Below, one piece after another: positions 49,848-59,110 of a DNA stretch of 64,000 nt; positions within the stretch are counted from its first letter, which is position 1; every line of letters begins with the position of its first letter. This DNA comes from Halobacteriovoraceae bacterium (GTDB lineage: Bacteria > Bdellovibrionota > Bacteriovoracia > Bacteriovoracales > Bacteriovoracaceae). The notes beneath the pieces are model-generated. The model ran no database searches. It was given only the letters and a program-made list of their open reading frames with translations, and was not told the origin of the DNA. Where the stretch lies: positions 288,001-352,000 of the forward strand of contig CAVRCF010000005.1 in the NCBI GenBank assembly GCA_963719505.1, given 5' to 3'. A program made the position numbers and the translations under genes.

Positions 49848-50093
49848 TTACTGCATTTTTGGCGTGAGATAAGTCACACAGCCTGCCAGTGTTGCAAGAT
49901 GTGGATAATCTTCACTTGGAACTTCAACTTTATGACGTTTCCTAAGCTCCATGACGATATCTAAAAAGTCCATTGAATCTAAATCAAGTTGATCTCTTAA
50001 AGATTCATTTTCATCAATTCCTGATACGTCCTCATCTGGCGCCACGTCTTCAATAATATCTAAAACAACTTTTTTTACTTCTTCACTAGTCAT
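49848..50093 (-). CDS. Acyl carrier protein
   Basis: LDLDSMDFLDIV phosphopantetheine site; start at ATG 50093, 81 aa. Confidence 0.92.
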   Translation of the reverse strand: MTSEEVKKVVLDIIEDVAPDEDVSGIDENESLRDQLDLDSMDFLDIVMELRKRHKVEVPSEDYPHLATLAGCVTYLTPKMQ

Positions 50094-50124
50094 AATTACC
50101 TTTTCAAATTTATTTATATTTCTT

Positions 50125-51360
50125 TTAGCTGTGTTTCTTAATAATGACAGAGGAGTTAATCCCAAGCATACCAAAAGAGTTATTGAGAATAATTTCAATA
50201 TTATCTTTTCTCTTTGGTTCATTTAAAACGAGATTATTCATGGTGCATTCGGGGTCAAGATTATCGACATTAATTCCTGGATGAATAATTCCATCTTCGA
50301 AACTTAAAAGGTTACCCGCAAGTTCCAAAGCGCCAGCAGCCCCCATGGTGTGTCCAATATGACCTTTCGTAAAATTCACGTATGTCTCTTTGCAGTCATT
50401 AAAAACATTTTTGACGGCATTGAGCTCATTAATATCTCCAGCTTGAGTTCCAGTCGCATGCATATTAACGATATCGATATCTTCTTTTTCAATTTTCGCT
50501 TTTTTTAACGCCTTTAAGATACATTCCGACTGTCTTTCAGTATTGGGAAGAACAAAGTCAGTTGCATCTGTATTGACAGCATACCCTAAAACTTCTCCAT
50601 AGATTTTTGCTCCTCGAGCGATGGCGTCTTCTCTTCTTTCAAGAGTATAAATACACCCACCCTCACTGATGACAATTCCATTTCTATCAATATCAAGTGG
50701 TCTTGAAGCTTTTGTTGGGTCTTCGTGGGAAGCAAGGGCCCCTTGAGCTGCAAAGGCTGCAAAGATACCAAAGGTTTGTGCCGACTCAGAGACTCCTCCA
50801 GCTAAAGCAAAATCAACTTCATCTAAAAGCAGTTGCTGAACACCTTGGATAACACCCATATTCCCACCGGCACAAGCTGAACCAATAGTGTAATGAGGTC
50901 CCGTGATTCCCAAGTTAAGGTTAACCTCTCCCGCGGGAGAATTGGCAACGGTTCTTGGATTGTGATGGTGTGACCAAAAAGTAGTGTCTAAATTATTTTG
51001 ATGAAGAAGAAAGATCTCCTCTTCAGTCTCTACGTTTCCATGCTCTGTAATTCCAATATAAGTTCCAACTCGAGACTTATCTATTGAACTAAAATCTATC
51101 TTTGAATCTACGATGGCTTCATTTGCTGCATAAATAGCAACACTTCCTGCTCTCGTTCCTCTTCGTCTCGTTTTCTTTTTCTGATATTTATATTCATCAA
51201 AATCACAAAGACCAGCAGGATGCTTGCCCATATAGCGGATTTCCTCGAGTGTAATTCCCGATTTTCCCTCTATCAGATTTTGGCGAAACTCACCTAGCGT
51301 ATTACCATTTGGCGCAGTTAAACCTATCCCTGTAATGACAATTCTATGGTCTTTATTCAT
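50125..51360 (-). CDS. fabF: Beta-ketoacyl-ACP synthase (FabF/FabB-like)
   Basis: VITGIG, SAC (catalytic Cys), HATGT, KGHIGHTMGAAG and NSFG. Confidence 0.88.
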   Translation of the reverse strand: MNKDHRIVITGIGLTAPNGNTLGEFRQNLIEGKSGITLEEIRYMGKHPAGLCDFDEYKYQKKKTRRRGTRAGSVAIYAANEAIVDSKIDFSSIDKSRVGTYIGITEHGNVETEEEIFLLHQNNLDTTFWSHHHNPRTVANSPAGEVNLNLGITGPHYTIGSACAGGNMGVIQGVQQLLLDEVDFALAGGVSESAQTFGIFAAFAAQGALASHEDPTKASRPLDIDRNGIVISEGGCIYTLERREDAIARGAKIYGEVLGYAVNTDATDFVLPNTERQSECILKALKKAKIEKEDIDIVNMHATGTQAGDINELNAVKNVFNDCKETYVNFTKGHIGHTMGAAGALELAGNLLSFEDGIIHPGINVDNLDPECTMNNLVLNEPKRKDNIEIILNNSFGMLGINSSVIIKKHS

Positions 51361-51562
51361 ATAGCCTCAGTTTATAAAATTTGTGACCTATTTTTATAAT
51401 TTATAACCGATAAAATCAATAAAAATCAATAATACAAACGATTTACAAGCATTTTACTCGTCGCGCAGCTGCGATGCGCAAACTTTAAAAATAAATACTC
51501 TGGATTTTAAAGCAAAGTTAATTATAATTGTGAAAACAAAAAACCTAACAAAAGGATATGTA

Positions 51563-51952
51563 ATGGAAAGCATCATAGTTGTCAGCAAGGTAAAAAAATT
51601 CATAAAAGAGAAATATGGGTTTAATACATCCTCAAACTTTTTTGATCCAATTAACAAAGATCTTTATGAGGCCCTAGATAAGGCAAGTGAGCATACAAAG
51701 TCTACAGACCGAAAAACTGTCATGGGACGTGACTTTAACTTCTATATCGATAAACCTGAAGTGGATGTCGTTTTAGTTGTCGCAAGTAAAATTAAATCCT
51801 ATGTTAAAGAAACTCACGGGCTCAGTACCTCAAAACAAGTTATGGAACAACTTACTGTAAGAATTCAAAAGATGATTGAAATGGCTGCTCAAAAAGCAAC
51901 TGAAGCTAAAAGAAAAACAATTATGGATAGAGATATAGAAGATCTTATTTAA
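51563..51952 (+). CDS. Bacterial histone, tandem (doublet) histone fold
   Basis: Two repeats, IIVVSKVKKFIKEK..NTS...RKTVMGRDF and VLVVASKIKSYVKE..STS...RKTIMDRDI; ATG 51563 follows AAGGA. Confidence 0.88.
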   Translation: MESIIVVSKVKKFIKEKYGFNTSSNFFDPINKDLYEALDKASEHTKSTDRKTVMGRDFNFYIDKPEVDVVLVVASKIKSYVKETHGLSTSKQVMEQLTVRIQKMIEMAAQKATEAKRKTIMDRDIEDLI

Positions 51953-51990
51953 GGTCCTCTCAATCCATTCATCAAATAAAAGAGACAGTT

Positions 51991-52647
51991 GTGGTTGAGA
52001 ATCTGAACATGGACTTTTCAAAAAGAGTTGTTATTAAAACAAACGACTTAGATTGGATCCAGTCTCCCAGTTCCGGTATCAATCGCAAACCTCTTGAACG
52101 TCAAAATGCAGAAAGCGGAAGGACAACTTCGATAGTGGAGTATCTTCCCGGTTCGAAATTTAAAACTCATTCCCACCCAGGGGGTGAAGAAATTCTAGTG
52201 TTAGAGGGAGTTTTCTCCGATGAAACTGGAGACTACCCTGCAGGAAGCTATCTTCGAAATCCCCCAGGTTCATCTCACGCCCCTTTTAGTGAAAAAGGGT
52301 GCAAGCTTTTTGTCAAACTTCACCAGTTCGATTTAGAAGACAATCAAAGCGTCAAATTTAACACCAAGGAACAAGCTTGGAGAGCAGGACATGGCCAATT
52401 AGAAGTGATGCCACTTCACTCGTTTAAAACTGAAAGCTGTGCTCTAGTAAAATGGCCTAAAGGTGAAAAATTTCTGCCCCATTCCCATTTTGGTGGCGAA
52501 GAGATCTTTGTCCTTGAAGGCGTTTTTAAAGACGAAAATGGGGATTATCCAAAAGGCACCTGGATCAGAAGTCCCCATCTATCGACTCATCATCCTTTTG
52601 TCGATGAACAGACTATTATCTATGTTAAAACAGGACATTTAAACTAA
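51991..52647 (+). CDS. ChrR-like double cupin protein
   Basis: Two HxHxGGEEI.VLEGVF.DE.GDYP.G repeats. Confidence 0.9.
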   Translation: MVENLNMDFSKRVVIKTNDLDWIQSPSSGINRKPLERQNAESGRTTSIVEYLPGSKFKTHSHPGGEEILVLEGVFSDETGDYPAGSYLRNPPGSSHAPFSEKGCKLFVKLHQFDLEDNQSVKFNTKEQAWRAGHGQLEVMPLHSFKTESCALVKWPKGEKFLPHSHFGGEEIFVLEGVFKDENGDYPKGTWIRSPHLSTHHPFVDEQTIIYVKTGHLN

Positions 52648-52655
52648 GCGGATTT

Positions 52656-53615
52656 CTATTGAGGTACTTTGATATCGGGAAAGTCAGTAAAAAGTCCGTC
52701 GAGTTCTAAATCATTTTTTAAAAATTTAAAAAATTTTTCCTCGGACATTCCAAGGCTTAGTGATTCTCTTCTATAGGTGAAGGCATAAAGCTTTAGTTTT
52801 GACTCTCTAACTTTTTTTACAGTATTTGTAAGTTTCAAACCGGAAGAACTATCGATGAGATTATCTAGTGGATAAGAAATAATGGATGCATATTTCTTAA
52901 CTTCTTTGAGACCTTTAAGACTAAACATAGATTTATAGTCAAATGAGGTTTCATTCCAAGAATTTTTCGCCACTAACTGCAACAGAGGGATTGTGGTTTT
53001 AAATTCATTTTTAAGCCTTTTAAGACTGTTTGGCCAAAAGCTTTGTATAATTGCTTTTTGGTCTTTTTCATATCCATACTCACGCAAAACTTTTATCAAA
53101 GCGTGGGTTATATCTTTTTTCATCTTAAGATGAAATTCAACTTGTTTTATTTCTGGAATGATTCCTATATTCTTTTTTCGTGATTTATTTAAAGATTGAA
53201 CCAACTCAATAAACTCTCTAAAGGTTGGAACCTTAAAAGAGAGTGATGAAGAGAATCTATTTGGAAAAATTTGTTCTCCAGTTTTTGGATTAAACCTCTC
53301 CCGAACTGTTAGCGTCTTTATCTCTTTAAGAGTAAAATCAACCGCGTAGAAGCGGCCATCCTCTCTCTTTCTTTTGGGAAACTTTTTCTCTACATCGGTT
53401 GTGGTATCTATATGATGATCGTGTAGGACTACCAGTTCATCATCTTTAGTCATAACGACATCGGGCTCTATATAATCGACATTAAAGGCATGGGCCATCG
53501 CCACTGCTAAAAGAGTATGCTCTGGTAAATAACCGGAAGCCCCTCTGTGAGCCACAAGAGTTAAGCCGAAAACTTGGTTACAAAAAATTATACAAAGAAT
53601 AGATAAACACTTCAT
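52656..53615 (-). CDS. glpQ: Glycerophosphodiester phosphodiesterase
   Basis: AHRGASGYLPEHT, IEPD, LHD, PEIK, IQSF and DGLFTDFPD. Confidence 0.92.
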   Translation of the reverse strand: MKCLSILCIIFCNQVFGLTLVAHRGASGYLPEHTLLAVAMAHAFNVDYIEPDVVMTKDDELVVLHDHHIDTTTDVEKKFPKRKREDGRFYAVDFTLKEIKTLTVRERFNPKTGEQIFPNRFSSSLSFKVPTFREFIELVQSLNKSRKKNIGIIPEIKQVEFHLKMKKDITHALIKVLREYGYEKDQKAIIQSFWPNSLKRLKNEFKTTIPLLQLVAKNSWNETSFDYKSMFSLKGLKEVKKYASIISYPLDNLIDSSSGLKLTNTVKKVRESKLKLYAFTYRRESLSLGMSEEKFFKFLKNDLELDGLFTDFPDIKVPQ

Positions 53616-53637
53616 AGGAGAAATCTTCCAAATCAAG

Positions 53638-54759
53638 TCACAGAGACTTTACTATATAAGCCACTGCGATCCCTAAATAATTACCAACGGCGTAGCCAAT
53701 CAGTCCACTTGTAAGTCCAGAGACAACTATTTCTCTATTGCCGAGCCTCTCTGCAACGGGTCCAACAAATGGTGGACCAAAAATTCCAGCGACACTTGTG
53801 ATAATAGCTGTATCACGATCTATCTTAAAGAGACGGCACAAAAATACGTGAATGGAGATAGAAAGAAACATCACGATCCCCAAAAGAAGCACATAAGTCA
53901 TACTCCCCTTCATCAGTTGTTCAATATTTGCCATGGTCCCAATCGCCACACAGAAAACTAAAAGAAGATACTGACCAACTTCGTAGCTCCCTTTAATCGC
54001 TCTCACTTTTTGAAAGAAAGAAAAGGCAATGCCAAAACTTGTAATGATTAGAATTATAAAAGCAACTTCATCACGCCCAAAGAAAAGCTGGCTAAGGCCA
54101 ATAGAGATTCCAAGGAATATCCCACTCAGTCCTATGAGCCCAAAAAAATGCGCCATTTTATTTAAAAGAGTTAAACTCTCCCATGGATCTATATAATGAA
54201 CTTCTTTATTATCTGAAGAATATTTAAAAGCGGGAAGAAAAAATCCCATAATCTTTACACCGAAAGTGAGGATAAATAAAAGGTAACCAGCACCTAGCAC
54301 GAGATCGGCTCCATTCATTAAAACAAAAACATTCTCATCAACATTTAAGGCCAAACCAATAGCTGTCAGATTTGGCGTTCCACCGGTATACACACCAACC
54401 ATCATGCCGGCGAGCTGCCAATAATTGGCCAGTTCATCTTTGAAACCCAAAGAGACAAAAGCCGAGACAAGACACACGGTAATAACGATGAGAACGAAGG
54501 ATATAACTGTTGGTCTTGCTAACCTAAACCAGCCAACAAAGTTAGTCCCTAAAAGAAGAAGTGGAATGGCGAGTGGAACACTTGCATCTGTTGCCATTTT
54601 TGAAATATTTGAACTTACATCGAAGCCCAAATTTGCAAAAAGAATTCCCACGATATAACAGCAGACCACTGGACTGATAGCACTAATAATTTTTGTCTCT
54701 TTAAGACTTAAAAATAAAAGTGGGGCAAAAAGTGTAATAACAATTTGAACAATATCCAT
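53638..54759 (-). CDS. DUF819-family membrane protein
   Basis: Multi-TM; GVYTGGTPN, GPPFV and GYAVGNYLG. Confidence 0.8.
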   Translation of the reverse strand: MDIVQIVITLFAPLLFLSLKETKIISAISPVVCCYIVGILFANLGFDVSSNISKMATDASVPLAIPLLLLGTNFVGWFRLARPTVISFVLIVITVCLVSAFVSLGFKDELANYWQLAGMMVGVYTGGTPNLTAIGLALNVDENVFVLMNGADLVLGAGYLLFILTFGVKIMGFFLPAFKYSSDNKEVHYIDPWESLTLLNKMAHFFGLIGLSGIFLGISIGLSQLFFGRDEVAFIILIITSFGIAFSFFQKVRAIKGSYEVGQYLLLVFCVAIGTMANIEQLMKGSMTYVLLLGIVMFLSISIHVFLCRLFKIDRDTAIITSVAGIFGPPFVGPVAERLGNREIVVSGLTSGLIGYAVGNYLGIAVAYIVKSL

Positions 54760-54761
54760 AA

Positions 54762-56624
54762 CTACTCTTTTTTAGCGATTTTCAATAGGTAACTGGCAAT
54801 GGCAAAAAAGGCAATCAGCGACAGCACCTGCTGAATCATTGGACTCATTCCAATAACCTTTAAATCGATATTAAGATAAAGGAAGATTGCCACAATCACT
54901 CCCATAATAGCTTCACCAGCAATAAAGCCTGAACTGAGGAGGACGCCTTTGTCCTTGCTCTCATCTTTAACCGATCTCTTTTTATCCACCATAAATCTGA
55001 TGAGTCCACCAATCATAATCGGTATCGCCAAAGTGACAGGCAGATAAATTCCCACGGCAAGTGGCATGAGGTGTAATCTAAACGCTTTATTTTTTAAGAA
55101 CATCGAGTCGATAAAAATAATAATAATTCCAAATATGGCCCCATAAATAACCATATTGATTGGAAGATCACCACCGCCAAAAAGCCCTTTTGTGATGGCC
55201 GCAAATAAAGTGGCCTGAGGTGCTTTAAGACCCTCTCCAATAACATAAGCATTATGAAGAAGCGTCAAAACTGGTGCAATTATAAAAGCTGGAATAACGA
55301 CACCGATAATTTGAGCATATTGCTGAAATTTTGGAGTCGCCCCAATTAAACTTCCCGTTTTTAAATCTTGAGAACAGTCACCAGCTGTACAAGCTGCACA
55401 ACAAACGACAGCAGCAACTCCTAAGGTTGAAAGAATAGCTGAGTCTCCTTCATAACCTAACGCTAAAAACAGTGCCGCACTAACGAGTAAAGCCGAGATG
55501 GTCATACCACTGACTGGATTATTAGAACTCCCCACAAGTCCCACGATATAACTTGAAACGGCGACAAATAAAAACGAGCAAACGATCATTAAAAGGGTGG
55601 TAAAGATTGAGATGCCAAAGTTTCCAATCATCGACTGATATAAACCGAGCATAATAACAAAACAAAGAAGTAAAACGATAACCATGGCCCAAAGACTCAT
55701 GTCTTGTTGAGTTCTGGCGACAGTCTCCCCTTTATTCTTGTAAGCATCTTTGAGACCACCAATCCCTGCAGAAATTCCTTTCCTGACGGAGAAGATTGAC
55801 CAGACACCACCGGTGATCATTGCCCCAACTCCAAGGTATCTCACTTTCGTTGACCAAAGAGTCCAAGCGATATCGATAGCTGATTGATCTTCCATCCCAA
55901 CGGGGATACCAAGCATGGGAATGGCGATATTAAAACCAATAAGGCCTCCGATAAAAACGAGAGAGGCAACTTCTAGCTTAACAATATAGCCCACCGATAA
56001 AAGAGCAGGTGAAATATCCAAACCAAAAAACCATGTTTTTCCAGCGATGATTTTTGCCGTCTCAACGGTTCCTTGAATAATACCGAGTCCACCTGCAACG
56101 AATTTAAATATTCCTCCAAAGAGAAGACCTTTTAAAATAGTAACAAATCCCTCTCTACTTTCTTCAACACTTGTAGCACTACTGGCCGATGTTAAAACAG
56201 CCGCACAAGCAACCCCTTCCGGATAGATAAGTTCTTTTTCATCTTCTATAAGCGCTCTTCTTAATGGAATCATAAAAATGATCCCTAAAAGACCACCGCT
56301 TATTGCAATAAGTGTGGTTGGCCAAAACTGAAAGTCATTCCAAGCACCAACGATAACGAGTGCTGGTAAAGTAAAAATAATTCCCGCTGCTAATGATTCA
56401 CCGGCAGAAGCCATTGTTTGCACTATATTAGATTCATGAACAGAATCTCGACGAAGAATTCCCTTAAAAACACCCATAGCGATAACTGCTGCAGGAATCG
56501 ATGCCGAAACAGTCATCCCAGCATAGAGGCCTAGGTAAACATTGGCCGCTGTCATGACGACAGCAATAATTAGTCCAAGGCCTATGGCCGTTAGTGTGAA
56601 CTCTTTGGGGGAAGTATTTTGCAT
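54762..56624 (-). CDS. OPT-family oligopeptide transporter
   Basis: ANVYLGLYAGMTVSASIPAAVI, YPEGVAC, GSSNNPVSG, QDLKTG and APQA; start at ATG 56624. Confidence 0.93.
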   Translation of the reverse strand: MQNTSPKEFTLTAIGLGLIIAVVMTAANVYLGLYAGMTVSASIPAAVIAMGVFKGILRRDSVHESNIVQTMASAGESLAAGIIFTLPALVIVGAWNDFQFWPTTLIAISGGLLGIIFMIPLRRALIEDEKELIYPEGVACAAVLTSASSATSVEESREGFVTILKGLLFGGIFKFVAGGLGIIQGTVETAKIIAGKTWFFGLDISPALLSVGYIVKLEVASLVFIGGLIGFNIAIPMLGIPVGMEDQSAIDIAWTLWSTKVRYLGVGAMITGGVWSIFSVRKGISAGIGGLKDAYKNKGETVARTQQDMSLWAMVIVLLLCFVIMLGLYQSMIGNFGISIFTTLLMIVCSFLFVAVSSYIVGLVGSSNNPVSGMTISALLVSAALFLALGYEGDSAILSTLGVAAVVCCAACTAGDCSQDLKTGSLIGATPKFQQYAQIIGVVIPAFIIAPVLTLLHNAYVIGEGLKAPQATLFAAITKGLFGGGDLPINMVIYGAIFGIIIIFIDSMFLKNKAFRLHLMPLAVGIYLPVTLAIPIMIGGLIRFMVDKKRSVKDESKDKGVLLSSGFIAGEAIMGVIVAIFLYLNIDLKVIGMSPMIQQVLSLIAFFAIASYLLKIAKKE

Positions 56625-56748
56625 ACTGTCATTCCTTAAAAAATAGAAGATTAAACCACTATGATTCACTTTTGCATCGGCTTTGTAAAGGATGCCGTTT
56701 GCTTGTTTAAATATCAAAATAGACTAAAATGCTAGAAAGGAAATTATT

Positions 56749-57663
56749 ATGACACCTGAATGTTCACTTACTCTCTACTTTATCCCTTCTCCATATGGTC
56801 TCAACTGGGAAAGTCCGACAACTTTGGCCCGCGATATTGTCAAAAATTTTGCGGCTAAAGGAAGACTGGGAAATACAAAAAGATTTATGGGTCATGTCAA
56901 TATAGAATTAAAATATACTGATGAAGGACGAGATGTTCATATCATGACGGGAATGGTTGCCTCAAAACTCAATGCAACTTCTCTTCTACTCAAAGACAAG
57001 GTTGGTCTGGGAATCGTTTTTCACAGTTTTCCTGGAAGGCTTGAGTCCAAAGATGAGCTCGTTCCAGAATTAGATAGCTATGCTGATCGCGGCAATAAGA
57101 TGATGAATTTCTGCCAATATCTTATCTCTCTAGAGACGGCCAAAAGAGTTGAAGATTATATCAATGAGTATCGCGCTAAGGATATTGGAAGATACTATGG
57201 CCTGTTTAACTCTCCTTTGCATGGTGAAGGTTCCGGCTGCTCAGCATTTGGCGCGAGTTTTCTGGATGTCATAGGAGCTTTAACTGAAGAGCATAAAAAG
57301 AATTGGGCCAACAAAGTCATCATCCCCCACCGACTCGTGGGTGCACCGCTAAAAAAGAATAAAGTTAATTTTTTTAAAATTCTTTTTAATAAGGACAAAT
57401 GGCAACAAACAAAGACAGATGATAGCCACGAAATATTTTTTTGGGATCCCGATCTTATGTATCAAGACACTCAAAGAAAACTAGAAAATTTACCCGCTGA
57501 TGCAAAAGAGATTAAAATAAGAAATATGTCCGGACTTCAATACGATTTAAAAAATATTAAAACACCCTCTTCTCTTATCTTTAAACGTTACGATGATGAA
57601 GGCCAGGTACGATCGTTCACACCTGAGTTTGATATAAACACAAATATTCATAAATATACCTGA
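56749..57663 (+). CDS. Hypothetical protein, possible permuted papain-like (His...Cys) enzyme
   Basis: MGHVNI, GEGSGCSAF and WDPD; AAGGA RBS. Confidence 0.65.
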   Translation: MTPECSLTLYFIPSPYGLNWESPTTLARDIVKNFAAKGRLGNTKRFMGHVNIELKYTDEGRDVHIMTGMVASKLNATSLLLKDKVGLGIVFHSFPGRLESKDELVPELDSYADRGNKMMNFCQYLISLETAKRVEDYINEYRAKDIGRYYGLFNSPLHGEGSGCSAFGASFLDVIGALTEEHKKNWANKVIIPHRLVGAPLKKNKVNFFKILFNKDKWQQTKTDDSHEIFFWDPDLMYQDTQRKLENLPADAKEIKIRNMSGLQYDLKNIKTPSSLIFKRYDDEGQVRSFTPEFDINTNIHKYT

Positions 57664-57668
57664 TGAAC

Positions 57669-57702
57669 CAATATGGCCTGAAGTTTTAAACAGGCCATAT
57701 TG
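57669..57702. terminator. Hairpin between convergent genes (probable terminator)
   Basis: Perfect 12-bp stem caatatggcctg / caggccatattg with a 10-nt loop. Confidence 0.7.
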
Positions 57703-57733
57703 TTAACTTTTACGATTGAACTCCAACCTATTA

Positions 57734-58090
57734 TTAATCACAACTTTCTGAATGTCTGTGTCTTCCTCTTCTTGGACAAGAGTAATCTGTAGAAATATTT
57801 CTCCAAGTCCAACAGTTAACATCAGTAGAGAGCTCTTCTGTTATAATCCAGCTTCCATAGATATCAAGAACCTCGACCACTCCTGTAGCATTCACACCTT
57901 TACACAGTTCTATGCTATATCTCTTACCTTCGCCTTGCATGAACCTATCAAAGTTACATCCTTGACCAACAAGAGATTGGATATTAATTTGGATTTGACC
58001 GTTTTTTGTGCCGCATTTTAAATTTAATGGTGCTGCATAGAGGGATAAAGAGCTTAAAAGCAAAATTGCCTTGATAATCATTTTTTTCAT
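57734..58090 (-). CDS. Small secreted Cys-rich protein
   Basis: Signal peptide and six Cys; divergent from the LysR gene. Confidence 0.6.
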   Translation of the reverse strand: MKKMIIKAILLLSSLSLYAAPLNLKCGTKNGQIQINIQSLVGQGCNFDRFMQGEGKRYSIELCKGVNATGVVEVLDIYGSWIITEELSTDVNCWTWRNISTDYSCPRRGRHRHSESCD

Positions 58091-58180
58091 AACGTACTTC
58101 CTTTTTGTCTATTTTTGTTAACTTCTATTTATAAAATACCTTGATTCTAACCTTGTCATCAAGAACATCTAGAGCAATCA

Positions 58181-58202
58181 TACTTGCCTTTTATAACAAG
58201 TA
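58181..58202. promoter_or_regulatory. Inverted repeat, candidate LysR operator
   Basis: tacttg-N10-caagta in the divergent promoter region. Confidence 0.3.
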
Positions 58203-58218
58203 CTGCTAAGAATCATCA

Positions 58219-59070
58219 ATGAACTCCTTACTTACAATTACAGAAGCTGAACTCCTTATTGATTTTGAGCAATGTCGGAGCATAGAATCTCTAGCAAATA
58301 AATTAAATAAGGATCCAACTGTAATCTCACGACAACTAAAAAAAATGTCTCACAAAGGTAACTTCTTAGTAAAAGTAAGTGGAAGATGGAAAATAACGAC
58401 TAACGGAAAAAAATTCAATCAACTGACAAGAGACTATATCCTCGCTCAAAATAAAATTACAAATAATGAAGTTCATTTAAGAATTGGAGCGACAAGAGAA
58501 TTTTCTGCTCAGATACTTGCCAAAAATTACCAAGCCCTAAAAAAAGCATTGGGAATAGATAGCTTCAGCATAATTTCTATAGAGTTAGGCGTTGAGGAAA
58601 GTTTATTAAATGGAGAAATTGATTTAGGCTTTGATTGTGGGAGGCCTTTTTCTCCAGATATAGTATTTAAGCAGTGTATAGATGAGCCCATTTCTGTCGT
58701 TGCGTCAAAAAAATATTTTGGCTCTATTAAAGATATAAAATCACTAGAGGACTATCCCCATATTCTTTGTGAAAGAATTGATCCAGAGAAATACTTAAAA
58801 AAAGGCTTTAGATTAAATAATATATCTTCAAGAACAAACGATATTGCAACCGCTAAAAATCTTTGTTTGTCCTCTGAAGGTTGGGCTCTTCTACCCAACT
58901 ATGCCATAAAAAATGAATTAGCTTCTGGTGAGTTAAGGGTTATCAGTGGCCTTACTTATCACCAAGATAAATTCGGAGTTTATTACCTACGCCATAGGAA
59001 AGAGCTTGAGAATATTTTTGAAAAATCGATAAAATGGCTTAAACACAATGGTGGAAGTTTTTTAAATTAA
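58219..59070 (+). CDS. LysR-family transcriptional regulator
   Basis: N-terminal HTH (SIESLANKLNKDPTVISRQLK...TTNG), LLNGEIDLG, GWALLP...ELASGEL. Confidence 0.85.
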   Translation: MNSLLTITEAELLIDFEQCRSIESLANKLNKDPTVISRQLKKMSHKGNFLVKVSGRWKITTNGKKFNQLTRDYILAQNKITNNEVHLRIGATREFSAQILAKNYQALKKALGIDSFSIISIELGVEESLLNGEIDLGFDCGRPFSPDIVFKQCIDEPISVVASKKYFGSIKDIKSLEDYPHILCERIDPEKYLKKGFRLNNISSRTNDIATAKNLCLSSEGWALLPNYAIKNELASGELRVISGLTYHQDKFGVYYLRHRKELENIFEKSIKWLKHNGGSFLN

Positions 59071-59110
59071 TTATTCTTTATAGATCGCTTTTACTAAAAA
59101 AAAATCTTTT

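Noticed and set aside
50094-50222. N-terminal hydrophobic extension on the ACP
   Set aside because: It overlaps fabF in another frame; the ACP starts at ATG 50093 after AAGGT.
56625-56717. Longer start for the OPT transporter (similar over-extended starts at 3052, 9348, 11712, 19273, 39389, 41941, 51530)
   Set aside because: Downstream ATGs have a better RBS, signal peptide or gene-overlap support.
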